Below, piece after piece: positions 1 through 11,274 of a stretch of DNA of 64,000 nucleotides. The stretch is from contig OX597831.1 in the NCBI GenBank assembly GCA_951406725.2, positions 62,124,001-62,188,000 on the forward strand. The letters are read 5' to 3'. The translations under genes and the position numbers were made by a program. The notes under the pieces are model-generated. The model was not told the origin of the DNA and did not search any database. It saw only the letters and a program-made list of their open reading frames with translations. This stretch comes from Octopus vulgaris. Taxonomy: Eukaryota. The number at the start of each line of letters is the position of its first letter. Position 1 is the first letter of the stretch.

Positions 1-38
1 ACGCTTATTTAAAACTCTGACTTGAGGAAATTGCTCGT

Positions 39-45
<7 letters not shown>

Positions 46-94
<49 letters not shown>

Positions 95-147
95 ATGATG
101 GATAGATTAATAGATAGATAGATAGATAGACAGACAGATAGATAGAT
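46..147. repeat. (TA)n followed by (GATA)n microsatellite
   Basis: Simple repeats seen directly. Confidence 0.95.
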
Positions 148-1022
148 GCAATTATTAGTGAATATATTAAACGGTTCAAGCCATGATGACTTCGGTAACG
201 TCTGTAATGAAACCCATTATATGGCAGTTTTCAAAATTATAATTCCACATTCAACTGCCTAATGATAGGGAATGACAAGCGGTCATCTCCCGCTTAATCC
301 ATTTCCTCTTGCTGGAAAATTAGCAGTTTTTCATAATGGACGTTAACGACTCTCTTAAAAGCTAGAATTAAACTAAATTTTAATTGCCTGCGAACAATAT
401 CTTACCAATTTAACCACCACGCTTTTATCTCATTCGAAATTCTAATGATAATTTCTCGTACCATTATTTAAAAAAAATTATTAAAACCGTCTTTGTGATT
501 ATCACTACTATAATAACAGCCGTGGCAATTTAAATAATAATAACATCTAATATCGCTATGTTCATGACATTTCATTAATAATACCTGTTGAATGAGATAT
601 TGGTTCTGAGAGGGGGTGTATATGCCATTATGAGGTCGTGCCATCAGGGCCCGTTCAGTTTGATGTTAAACTAACACAAGAGATATCCTTGTTTCGATGC
701 CAGAGTCAACGATAAGAGGTTTCGCCTTGCCTTTGATCCGTGCGACAACTTCAGTGTGATTGAAACGGTTATAATTAGTACATTGATAAGAAATGCATTA
801 TCGTAGATTATGACACTCCCAACAAGATGGATGCAAATAAAATATTATCTTTGAAAATACTTGCCAAAAACACGTTGGTCGACATGATGCTTATCGAATA
901 GCCGAACATCGAGCGGGTCTAATTAATGGTGGCTTATCGAACATAACTTGTTTTTGTTCTTCTTTTTTCATATATTTCATATTATATAATATAAATTCTA
1001 ATACCAATGAATATTCAGACGT

Positions 1023-2007
1023 ATAGCATAAATGACTCATGTCTCATGATCTGTACGAAGCATACCATTCGGATTTCTTAATCATCATTAAAAACAACTC
1101 TAGGGATTACAGAATATTATACACACATGTAAACAGGCAAAAGAAATAAATTCAAACATCAAAGGTTTCCTGTTCTGATCCGAAATCACCAGCAATGATT
1201 TGGAAACATCTAACCAATGGCGTAATATTTTGCTATTCTAGAAACATTTGAAGCGAATTTGTTACATCTTGCTACATATTGATTCAGATCTATACATCAT
1301 TTACATAATGTCTACATACTCAACTAGTGGAGGCGCAATGGCCCAGTGGTTAGGGCAGCGGACTCGCGGTTTCGATTCCCAGACCGGGCGTTGTGAGCGT
1401 TTATTGAGCGAAAACACCTAAAGCCCCACGAGCTCCGGCAGGGGGTGGTGATGATCCCTGCTGTACTCTTTCACCACAACTTTCTCTCACTCTTACTTCC
1501 TGTTTCTGATGTACCTCTATTTCAAAGGGCCGGCCTTGTCATTCTTTGTGTCACGCTGAATATCGCCGAGAACTACGTTAAGGGTGCACGTGTCTGTAGA
1601 GTGCTCAGCCACTTACACGTTAATTTCACGACCAGGCTGTTCCGTTGATTCGGATCAACCGGAACCCTCATCGTCGTAACCGACGGAGTGCTTCCATCCA
1701 TAGCGTAAATGACTTATGTCTCTTGGTCTGTACTAAGCATACCATTCAGATTTCTTAATCATCATTATAAAACAATTCTAGGGATTACAGAATATCATAC
1801 ACACATGTAAACAAGCAAAAGAAATCAATTCAAACATCAAAGGTTTCCTGTTCTGATCCGAAATCACCAGCAGCAATGATTTGGAAACATCTAACCAATG
1901 GCGTAATATTTTGCTATTCTAGAAACATTTGAAGCGAATTTGTTACATCTTGCTACATATTAATTCAGATCTATACAGCATTTGCATAATGTCTACATAC
2001 TCAACTA
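1023..2007 (+). repeat. ~305-bp direct duplication (1023-1326 and 1700-2007) flanking a SINE; putative very long target-site duplication
   Basis: Both copies run atagc(a/g)taaatgac...gtctacatactcaacta with scattered substitutions and small indels, and they abut the SINE ends. Confidence 0.92.
1327..1699 (+). mobile_element. tRNA-derived SINE, family A, tail type 1
   Basis: Head gtggaggcgcaatggcccagtggttagggcagc (A box) and ggtttcgattccc (B box). Central ctctttcaccacaactttctctcactct block is shared with 54656 and 61591. Confidence 0.88.
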
Positions 2008-2370
2008 TTCACTGGCGTAGAGGGCGTCAGATAAAATGTTTGTGGTGATAGTTTCCTGTCTCGGCACTTTAAGGTCTAATCGTACTAACTAATATCCTTC
2101 ATCCATTCAGGATTGGTAAATAACGCACCATCCACTTATGGAGTTGATCCCTCTTTTCTTCTCCAGCACCTTTTAATCTCCAGACGAAATCATGTATTAA
2201 ATGCCCGGTACGCGTGTCCATAGTAACTAAGAAATAAGTTCTTGACTTCTAATTATTCTATCACACTAAACAATAAATGGCACCATAAATTTTGTTGTCT
2301 TAACACAGGGCAAGTACTGCACTAAGAAACTACTCATATGTAACGGACGGAACAGTTGTAACTTATACTT

Positions 2371-2581
2371 ATTCTTTACTACACAGAGGGGACAAACAAT
2401 GATAGACAAACGGATTAAGTCGATTACATCAACCCCAGTGCGTAACTGGTACTTAATTTATCGACCCCAAAAGGATGAAAGGCAAAGTCGACCTCGGCGG
2501 AATTTGAACTCAGAACGTAACGGCAGACGAAATACGGCTACGCATTTCGCCCGGCGTCCTATCGTTTCTGCCAGCTCGCCG
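2371..2581 (-). mobile_element. tRNA-derived SINE, family B
   Basis: Reverse complement reads ggcgagctggcagaaacg...gttctgagttcaaattccgccgaggtcgactttgcctttcatcc...gtcgataaattaagtaccag. Near-identical to 15621 and 39676. Confidence 0.88.
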
Positions 2582-2831
2582 TAAAGAAAAAAACATATCA
2601 TACAACAAAATATGTCATAAGATTGGCAAATCTACAATTATTAATAAATAATAATCAAACCACATTTAACTTAGTGGAGGCTACTTTTTGTCACATCTGC
2701 AATAATTCCTGCTTATATGTACGCCGAAACTGTGTATCACCTGATTCTACTTCCTCGTTTTATTCATCAAGCTTTTCCTTCAGAATTTTTTTAGGTCTTA
2801 ATGCATACAGAAAAACTAAATCCTATTAAAG

Positions 2832-3886
2832 AAGCGGATTAGTCTGTTGGAGTTGAGGGTGGCTTCAATGAGAAAATCGGTTGAATCAGAGCCCAAAATT
2901 AGCTCTCTAATATCCATGGCAGCAAGGTTCCGACACTTCAACGTGGTACTTATTGTATCTATACGCATCAGTTAAGATTAGTATTAACCACATCAAATTC
3001 CCTAAATGCAGAAGTGCTTGCAAAATCTATAGCTTTGGTCATTCAACTTCCACTCAGCTAAAATTTAAGAAATTATTGTCAAAATAAATGCTTAGCTTTA
3101 CGGAGATGTACTCGTATAGCGAGTGACATGATCTGAGTTCGTGTGCTGGAACGAAAACAATTGCAGCGTGTAATGTGTTTATAAGCCATTTAAGAAACAC
3201 ATACAAAAAAGTTTCTCAAAGCGACGAAAATATTTTGACAAATTAAATTTAAATGTTGAAGTGAATCTAACGATTTTTGTGTGTTTCTTAAATGGCTTAT
3301 AAACACCTTCCTCGCTGCATTTGCTTAAATACTTAGCATTTATCAGAGATTGATCTAAAATAACACTTATGTAAATATTTTTTTTCTTGTGCATATTAAG
3401 AAAAAATCCCGACTAACTACCATTAATGTAGCACCTGTAACTGCCTGCAAAGATGTGTATGTCAGAGAAACTATGATGCAATGCAAAATATTCTGGTTGC
3501 TAGTAATGTTCAAGATACGCTACCAATATTCACGTATGCATGCAGTTCTTAAGGGAAGGCAGCTTTGTGTTTCTAAAACATGGATAGAAAAGAAACAAAT
3601 AATGGATAAATTTAGCAATGACACAGAATGAACTAACGATGGTGTACAATATAAAAATGGCTCTCGACAATCTTTTAATGCAAGCCAAATCTCAACAAAA
3701 TTACAACGAATTCCCTTAAGAAAGGAAGGAAAGACTGGATAATATATGCACTGATATCATCTCTGAATGAAAAGAAGTGAACCAAGGCATGAATAACCTC
3801 GATCAACAAATCAACTCCGCTCTGATAAGCGGATTAGTCTGTTGGAGTTGAGGGTGACTTCAATGGGAAAATCGGTTGAATCAGAG
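2832..3886 (+). repeat. 60-bp direct repeat pair (2832-2891 and 3827-3886)
   Basis: aagcggattagtctgttggagttgagggtgRcttcaatgRgaaaatcggttgaatcagag; 58/60 identical. Confidence 0.9.
3098..3319. mobile_element. Copy of the 13494/14420 repeat family with an internal fold-back inversion
   Basis: tgcagcgtgtaatgtgtttataagccatttaagaaacaca (~3162-3200) is inverted relative to tgtgtttcttaaatggcttataaacaccttcctcgctgca (~3282-3319). Homologous to 13494-13690. Confidence 0.8.
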
Positions 3887-4129
3887 GTATAAATACAGGA
3901 GAAAAAATATAAAGTAACCTATATTAATGGAGCAGCTTCGTTATTGGTAGAGAAATTAAGATATGATTGAGTGCGTTCCGGCTGAGATTAATATACATAT
4001 TTTGTACATCTAGTAATAGGTTTTCCAGTTGGTACTTTTTTAATCAGAGATCAGTGATGGTTGTAGGAAATATTAGATGTAGACAATGGAACACGGGTAG
4101 CATTTCAAACGAACCGAAATGTGATTCAA

Positions 4130-4303
4130 GATTGATTTCAGATTTTGACACAAGGCCAGCAATTTCGTGGAGGGGTAAGTCGATTGCATTCACCCCATCC
4201 CCCAGTACTCGACTGGTACTTATTATATCGCCTCCTGAAATGAGGAAAGACAAAGGCGACATCGGCGGAATTTGAACTCAGAACGTAAGGACAGACGAAA
4301 TAC
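4130..4303 (-). mobile_element. SINE family B, 5'-truncated, alternative tail
   Basis: ggcggaatttgaactcagaacgtaaggacagacgaaatac matches family B. The tail ttttgacacaaggccagcaatttc differs from the 2371 copy. Confidence 0.75.
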
Positions 4304-5137
4304 TTAAGTTGATTCAGTATTACTTCGTCATAAATACTGACGTTTCATTTCAACGATGTTTGTTTACGTTGATATTTTTCTCGAGGATGCCTTAGGGTAA
4401 GGATAAAGCATCATATAATAAAGGGCTATGTACATCTCGTAACATCTTTTTGTCTTTTGTACTTACATGTAACCTAATACAATAGCAGTGTTGTGTGAGA
4501 TTCAAATCAGATGCAATGTCAGGGAATAAACAATCGTAAAAATAATATTGATAAAGAACAAATTAAAATATCCAATTAGTTTAGTACAGCAAACACGAGA
4601 AAATAAAAACAAAGGTTCTAATTCAAACGTTTTTAATCAAGTGTACGCTAGCGCAACATAAATGTTGATACTACGTCTTTTAACTAAAAATTACATCAAA
4701 TAAATATATAATCTCCATTTAAAAATCAGTAAAATGTAAATTGTTCTTCAGCGTAAATAATAGATACAGGCTAGAATCATTACAAAATATTGTTCTCTTA
4801 GATGAAAAGTGAATATATTGATTTTAAGTGAGCAATGAATGACAATATCTCTGTTCTAAAATATTAACATTTTATAACAAATACTAATTATATTACCACA
4901 AAAAAAGACAAAGTTCGTAATGCAAAATGAAAGATAAGGGAAGTTGCATGAGAAATTGCGTTGCACATTTGATGACGCATGATAACTATTAAAAGTGAGG
5001 TTATTCATATTTAGGTGGCCAGTTGTTTTTCACTCGTACAAACCGCGTAACACCTGTTTTTAACAGGCACATCTCTAGTTATTTGTGTGTGAGTGTGTGT
5101 GTAAGTGCGTGTGCACGTGTATTTATATATATATATA

Positions 5138-5533
5138 CTAGCAGTATCGCCCGGCGTTGCTCGGGTTTGTAAGGGAAATAACTATAAAGCATTTTTAGAG
5201 AGTTATAGCCAAAAAATAGCAAAAAAAGGCATTAAAAATTTTTTAAAAATGATGGTAATTTTTTTTTAATCGTTGACTCATCGTAGACATTTTTAGAGAG
5301 TTACTTCCCTTATATAATAGCGAAAAATATGCATTAAAATGGGAAAAAATGATAGTAAATTATTTTAAAAATCGTAGACTCATCGTAGACGCGCGCTAAT
5401 ACCCACAAGGGCTCGATATGAATCACGACTATAAGATACCCGGTTTTGGTTAAACTGCACCGCAAAATGTGAGAGTAGTTAGGAATCTAAATCGTAGGAG
5501 ACAGACACACAACTTCACTTTTATATATAAAGA
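5138..5533 (-). mobile_element. Non-autonomous Helitron (396 bp)
   Basis: Minus strand starts TCTTTATATATAAAA and ends with the hairpin CCCGAGCAACGCCGGG, a short spacer and CTAG. Inserted between A and T without a TSD, the canonical Helitron termini. Confidence 0.85.
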
Positions 5534-5583
5534 TATATACATACATACATAGATTTACGTATCGCTCCTTCTATATATATATA

Positions 5584-5800
5584 TCTTGTCTTTTAGTCAT
5601 TAGACAATGTGGCCACAGCGCCTAAATGACGCTTTGTCGAACGAATCGAACCCAATGAATTTTCCCTAAATTTGACATCTACTCCACCGTACTCCTTAGC
5701 CGAACCGCTAAGTTACGGAGCCGTAAACACAGAACGCTGGGTCTCAAGTAGTAGTCAAGACCAAACAGAGATATACGCACAAACGCACGCACACACATAG
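5584..5800 (-). mobile_element. SINE family C, degenerate 3' half
   Basis: gccgaaccgctaagttacgg and tagtcattagac...gtggccacagcgcc match the 19283 copy. Confidence 0.65.
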
Positions 5801-5945
5801 ATTAATTTATACATATATATATATAGTGTGTATGTGTTTATTTGGCGAAAATAATGACCAACCCGAAACACAAAAATACCTGTTTCAGTACACGATTTCA
5901 CATCAGGAATCTTGCAAAATGAATTGATATATATTCTTTCTTCTT

Positions 5946-6007
<62 letters not shown>

Positions 6008-6453
6008 TCAATATAGGGTGGCAAAAAATTTCGCAGAATTTTTTTGCCACCAGCGGCCTTCATCAGTAAAGAACGGCCAGATCGGAGCAGATATTTACAC
6101 GAGGCACTTCCACCACTGTCTCAGCAATATCTGACCTAAAATTTTCAAATCATCGCACTCGCGCCAAATTTATCGGCAGCAAATATAAGCCGCCGATTCC
6201 ATTACGGAATTAACCAGAAAATTCATAATTAATCAATATAGGGTGGCAAAAAATTTCGCAGAATTTTTTGCCACCAGCGGCCTAGTGGGAAAAAATTAAA
6301 TAGTCATAGACCATTTATAAATTCAACAGCAAAATCAAGGAACGGCCATAATAGGCCATTCACCCACTAGAAATAACAGCCAAGGCTTCAACCGCAAAAC
6401 AACATTAATTCCGTAAACCAGGAGAAAATTTTAAAAAAACCTTTACCCTGTAA

Positions 6454-6558
6454 TTCTTTATACGATGCACCGTTTCGTCTATTGTTTAATGGTAAACTAA
6501 CCTGATTAAATTAAATCAAGCTAGTCTTCCATAGGCCGATAGATTCATCAGTAAAGAA
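6454..6558 (-). ncRNA. Type I hammerhead ribozyme (array unit 1)
   Basis: Minus strand: stem I UUCUUUA, CUGAUGA, A, stem II UCUAU...AUAGA, C, GAAA, CG GUGCAU CG, UA, stem I' UAAAGAA. Confidence 0.88.
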
Positions 6559-6937
6559 TGGCCAGATCGGAGCAGATATTTACACGAGGCACTTCCACCA
6601 CTGTCTCAGCAATATCTGACCTAAAATTTTCAAATCATCGCACTCGCGCCAAATTTATCGGCAGCAAATATAAGCCGCCGATTCCATTACGGAATTAACC
6701 AGAAAATTCATAATTAATCAATATAGGGTGGCAAAAAATTTCGCAGAATTTTTTTGCCACCAGCGGCCTAGTGGGAAAAAATTAAATAGTCATAGACCAT
6801 TTATAAATTCAACAGAAAAATCAAGGAACGGCCATAATAGGCCATTCACCCACTAGAAATAACAGCCAAGGCTTCAACCGCAAAACAACATTAATTCCGT
6901 AAACCAGGAGAAAATTAAAAAAACCTTTACCCTGTAA

Positions 6938-7042
6938 TTCTTTATACGATGCACCGTTTCGTCTATTGTTTAATGGTAAACTAACCTGATTAAATTAAAT
7001 CAAGCTAGTCTTCCATAGGCCGATAGATTCATCAGTAAAGAA
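6938..7042 (-). ncRNA. Type I hammerhead ribozyme (array unit 2)
   Basis: Same 105-nt motif as 6454-6558. Confidence 0.88.
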
Positions 7043-7421
7043 CGGCCAGATCGGAGCAGATATTTACACGAGGCACTTCCACCACTGTCTCAGCAATATC
7101 TGACCTAAAATTTTCAAATCATCGCACTCGCGCCAAATTTATCGGCAGCAAATATAAGCCGCCGATTCCATTACGGAATTAACCAGAAAATTCATAATTA
7201 ATCAATATAGGGTGGCAAAAAATTTCGCAGAATTTTTTTGCCACCAGCGGCCTAGTGGGAAAAAATTAAATAGTCATAGACCATTTATAAATTCAACAGC
7301 AAAATCAAGGAACGGCCATAATAGGCCATTCACCCACTAGAAATAACAGCCAAGGCTTCAACCGCAAAACAACATTAATTCCGTAAACCAGGAGAAAATT
7401 AAAAAAACATTTACCCTGTAA

Positions 7422-7526
7422 TTCTTTATACGATGCACCGTTTCGTCTATTGTTTAATGGTAAACTAACCTGATTAAATTAAATCAAGCTAGTCTTCCAT
7501 AGGCCGATAGATTCATCAGTAAAGAA
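7422..7526 (-). ncRNA. Type I hammerhead ribozyme (array unit 3)
   Basis: Same 105-nt motif as 6454-6558. Confidence 0.88.
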
Positions 7527-8377
7527 CGGCCAGATCGGAGCAGATATTTACACGAGGCACTTCCACCACTGTCTCAGCAATATCTGACCTAAAATTTTCA
7601 AATCATCGCACTTTCGCGCCAAATTTATCGGCAGCAAATATAAGCCGCCGATTCCATTACGGAATTAACCAGAAAATTCATAATTAATCAATATAGGGTG
7701 GCAAAAAATTTCGCAGAATTTTTTTGCCACCAGCAACCTAGTGGGAAAAAATTAAATAGTCATAGACCTTTTATAAATTCAACAGCAAAATCAAGGAACG
7801 GCCATAATAGGCCATTCACCCACTAGAAATAACAGCCAAGGCTTCAACCGCAAAACAACATTAATTCCGTAAACCAGGAGAAAATTAAAAAAACCTTTAC
7901 CCTGTAATTCTTTATACGATGCACCGTTTCGTCTATTGTTTAATGGTAAACTAAGCTGATTAAACAATAGACAAAACGGTGCATCGTATAAAGAATTACA
8001 GGGTAAAGGTTTTTTTTTAATTTTCTCCTGGTTTACGGAATTAATGTTGTTTTGCGGTTGAAGCCTTGGCTGTTATTTCTAGTGGGTGAATGGCCTATTA
8101 TGGCCGTTCCTTGATTTTGCTGTTGAATTTATAAATGGTCTATGTCTATTTAATTTTTTCCCACTAGGTTGCTGGTGGCAAAAAAATTCTGCGAAATTTT
8201 TTTGCCACCCTATATTGATTAATTATGAATTTTCTGGTTAATTCCGTAATGGAATCGGCGGCTTATATTTGCTGCCGATAAATTTGGCGCGAGTGCGATG
8301 ATTTGAAAATTTTAGGTCAGATATTGCTGAGACAGTGGTGGAAGTGCCTCGTGTAAATATCTGCTCCGATCTGGCCG

Positions 8378-8482
8378 TTCTTTACTGATGAATCTATCGG
8401 CCTATGGAAGACTAGCTTGATTTAATTTAATCAGGTTAGTTTACCATTAAACAATAGACGAAACGGTGCATCGTATAAAGAA
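8378..8482 (+). ncRNA. Type I hammerhead ribozyme (inverted array segment)
   Basis: ttcttta CTGATGA a tctat...ataga c GAAA cg gtgcat cg TA taaagaa. Predicted cleavage after GUA at 8475. Confidence 0.88.
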
Positions 8483-8606
8483 TTACAGGGTAAAGGTTTT
8501 TTTAAAATTTTCTCCTGGTTTACGGAATTAATGTTGTTTTGCGGTTGAAGCCTTGGCTGTTATTTCTAGTGGGTGAATGGCCTATTATGGCCGTTCCTTG
8601 ATTTTG

Positions 8607-8649
<43 letters not shown>

Positions 8650-8650
<1 letters not shown>

Positions 8651-8709
8651 CGGTGGTGCCCCAGCATGGCCGCGGCCTTCGGGCTAAAACATTTTTAAGG
8701 ATTTAAGGA
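8650..8709 (+). mobile_element. Short LINE/SINE 3' tail fragment
   Basis: gcggtggtgccccagcatggccgcggccttcgggctaaaac followed by (tttaagga) repeats. Resembles the SINE family C tail and the LINE tail near 42600. Confidence 0.6.
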
Positions 8710-9904
8710 TATATATATATATGTATCTAATAACAAATACCCACAATACTCACGCACATAGCAACTTCCTCAGATCAATTCAGGCACGGTTTTATAATTC
8801 CCTCTTGAAACCTTTGTGGTATTAAATTCTAAGGCCCAGCCGTGTATAGAGATATACTACATTGCTCAATGTGCATCGGTAAATATCGCTGAGATGATGG
8901 GTGATCTGTATATATGTTGCTATCTGGCTGTATCATATTTATTTGTTGAAATATAAAGCCTAAACGGGCAACAATATCTTGTCAACGTTTAAGCAGAATA
9001 TTAACTAGCAGATAATTTTAGAGGAACAAAAGTATAACTAGATAGCTTTCCAACAAGGCGAAGAAGTGCTTATGAAGGTTACAAATATCATTAATAAGAA
9101 AATTTTCTTGGTATTCATTAAATGTTCAGAAATGATTGTACCTAGATCTACTGGAAGTTTTTTTGTTATAATCTGAACAGAAAGGCTTTGACTCGTAGAA
9201 GCATAACTAAACTTAATTTTTTCAGTTAACTCTTATAAACGTGAAATACTCAAATATGAACATACTATGTGGGAGGAAACTGAATTGAGACGGTTATTAA
9301 TTATAAGTTAAGTAGCTCACTCTTTTTAATTGATTTATACGAAATCCATTACCTTTGAAATGTAAAATTCTTCTCTAATTATATTAAGGAGTTGCACGTA
9401 AAGGAGCTGTTACATTTAGAGATGTTTATTTTGTACCAGAAATATGGTAATACAATAGAAGCGATCCGCTCATAAACTTGCAAAGGAGAATTCATTATGG
9501 GATTTGTTTCACTTTCTCCTCTCCATGAATACCAGAGAATATACATGACATAATTGATACCTTGGGAAATAGATTATGAACTGCTGGAGGAATTTTATGA
9601 TATGGACCCGGATGCTATTTAATATGAACAGGTTCCAAATTAAATAAATTGAATTAAATCTGAAGACAACCTACGTAGAATAATTTATTCTGTATATGAT
9701 ATCGTTATTTCTATTTAACTCTATAATGCAAATATACTTCAGCTTAAATACCTAGAAGCATTTAAACGAACGTATTTTTAAAACATTGCACAAAGTTAAA
9801 TTTTATAAAGAGTATAGAAGTGACATAGAATGTGTTTTCCATATATAATATAATCAATTTATTATGCGAGTTGGGAGACTCGCTACACAACAAACAAAAG
9901 AAAT

Positions 9905-10072
9905 AGTTCCATTTTTTCCGTCTACGTTCTGAGTTCTAATGCTGCCGTGGTTGACCTTGCGTTTCATCGTGCCGGAGTTGATAAAATAAATAAAAGTCGA
10001 GCTCTGTGATCAACGCATTCTATTTACCATCTACGCTGAAATTGCTGGCCTTGTGTAAGAATATGAAAGCAA
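9905..10072 (+). mobile_element. SINE family B, degenerate
   Basis: tacgttctgagttctaatgctgccgtggttgaccttgcgtttcatc...gaaattgctggccttgtg. Confidence 0.65.
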
Positions 10073-11065
10073 TATAATCAACTTATGTTCATCTTTGAAT
10101 TGCTTTGTTTAGAAATGTCCCAATATAGTGGAAATTGTGAACTCATTTCTGTAATATGATAATGTAATTAAGATTATAAGTTATGAAATATATACGGCTG
10201 ATGAGTGACACGCTATCAACAGATATACGTTGGTAAAAATATATGAAAGTTACTTTATATTTTAAATTGAATTGCTTGCCTATCTACATTTATCTAATCA
10301 ACTCACTCCGTAAATTTAATTCCAGAAATAAATCAATCTTTCATTTCTTCAAACGATTGAAAACTGAAGCCACTGGCGTAGAATTGGATTTAGTTAATCA
10401 ATAAATTACTTTATACAGTGTTACTAAACAGACGAGGCAAGTTTAAATTAATAACGAAATATTTATCTCGGTTTCCTTTCGAATAATTTTATATTTTAAG
10501 AAAGCGAAAAATACTGTTATGTCAATATATATTTAAATGCATAGGCAATTGTAAAAAATACAATTACACACGAATGGAGAATAAGTAAATGTTCATAACA
10601 GGAATATTGTATGACAACGAAAGCTAGACAAGAATATATCTATAAACAAATATCCGAAAATAGCACAAATATTAATTCTATCGAAATGCAGATGAATTTT
10701 CATAATGTAACATATTCAGGGAGACATGCTAATAAACTAAGGTTTGCCAAACCCAAATTCCAGCAGGCATTCTGTATCTACTATTGTTTTTCATACATAA
10801 TGTATTTATCAAAGGGGAATTTTAGATTCTAGTCTCATTATTTGATAATACGCGATGCCACACTTATCGTAACATTTCTATGTAGTTTTGGTAAAAATAC
10901 ATGACGATATGTTTTTCGAATAGCTTCAGGCCAATTTTGAGTATATCCTTACGCTTCCAAGTTTACTATATTTTCATATAAAAATATATTTTAGCGAGTT
11001 CATCGGATGAAAATGACAATAAGGTTTCTATGGTGGTTGGTTTTCCATTCGAAACTCTGTACTAC

Positions 11066-11066
<1 letters not shown>

Positions 11067-11163
<97 letters not shown>

Positions 11164-11174
11164 GTATCTATCTA

Positions 11175-11212
<38 letters not shown>
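11067..11212. repeat. (TCTA)n + (TA)n microsatellite
   Basis: Seen directly. Confidence 0.95.
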
Positions 11213-11216
<4 letters not shown>

Positions 11217-11274
11217 ACACAAAAGTGTACGTACGCTGCTATATATACATACATATATATATATATATATATAC

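Larger units (their letters stand above)
6003..8607. repeat. Tandem array of a ~485-bp hammerhead-containing unit (retrozyme-like) with terminal fold-back inversion, flanked by (TA)n on both sides
   Basis: Marker aatcaatatagggtggc occurs at 6006 (unit with internal deletion), 6231, 6716, 7200 and 7686, giving periods of 485, 484 and 486. Segment 7959-8607 is the reverse complement of ~1.3 units. Confidence 0.97.

Noticed and set aside
690-870. Protease-like IVDSG peptide (minus strand) and endonuclease-like IDKKCIIVD peptide (plus strand)
   Set aside because: Short motifs surrounded by stops, on opposite strands; neither can be supported.
1327-1390. tRNA-like sequences here and at 54656 and 61830-61896
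   Set aside because: They are SINE heads that continue into SINE bodies; no complete cloverleaf.
6003-8607. Array interpreted as CRISPR or as coding repeats
   Set aside because: Units are fully repeated with no unique spacers, there are no cas genes or ORFs, and the context is eukaryotic.
9000-9700. Coding-like stretch, possibly an old transposase
   Set aside because: No recognisable motif and stops in all frames.
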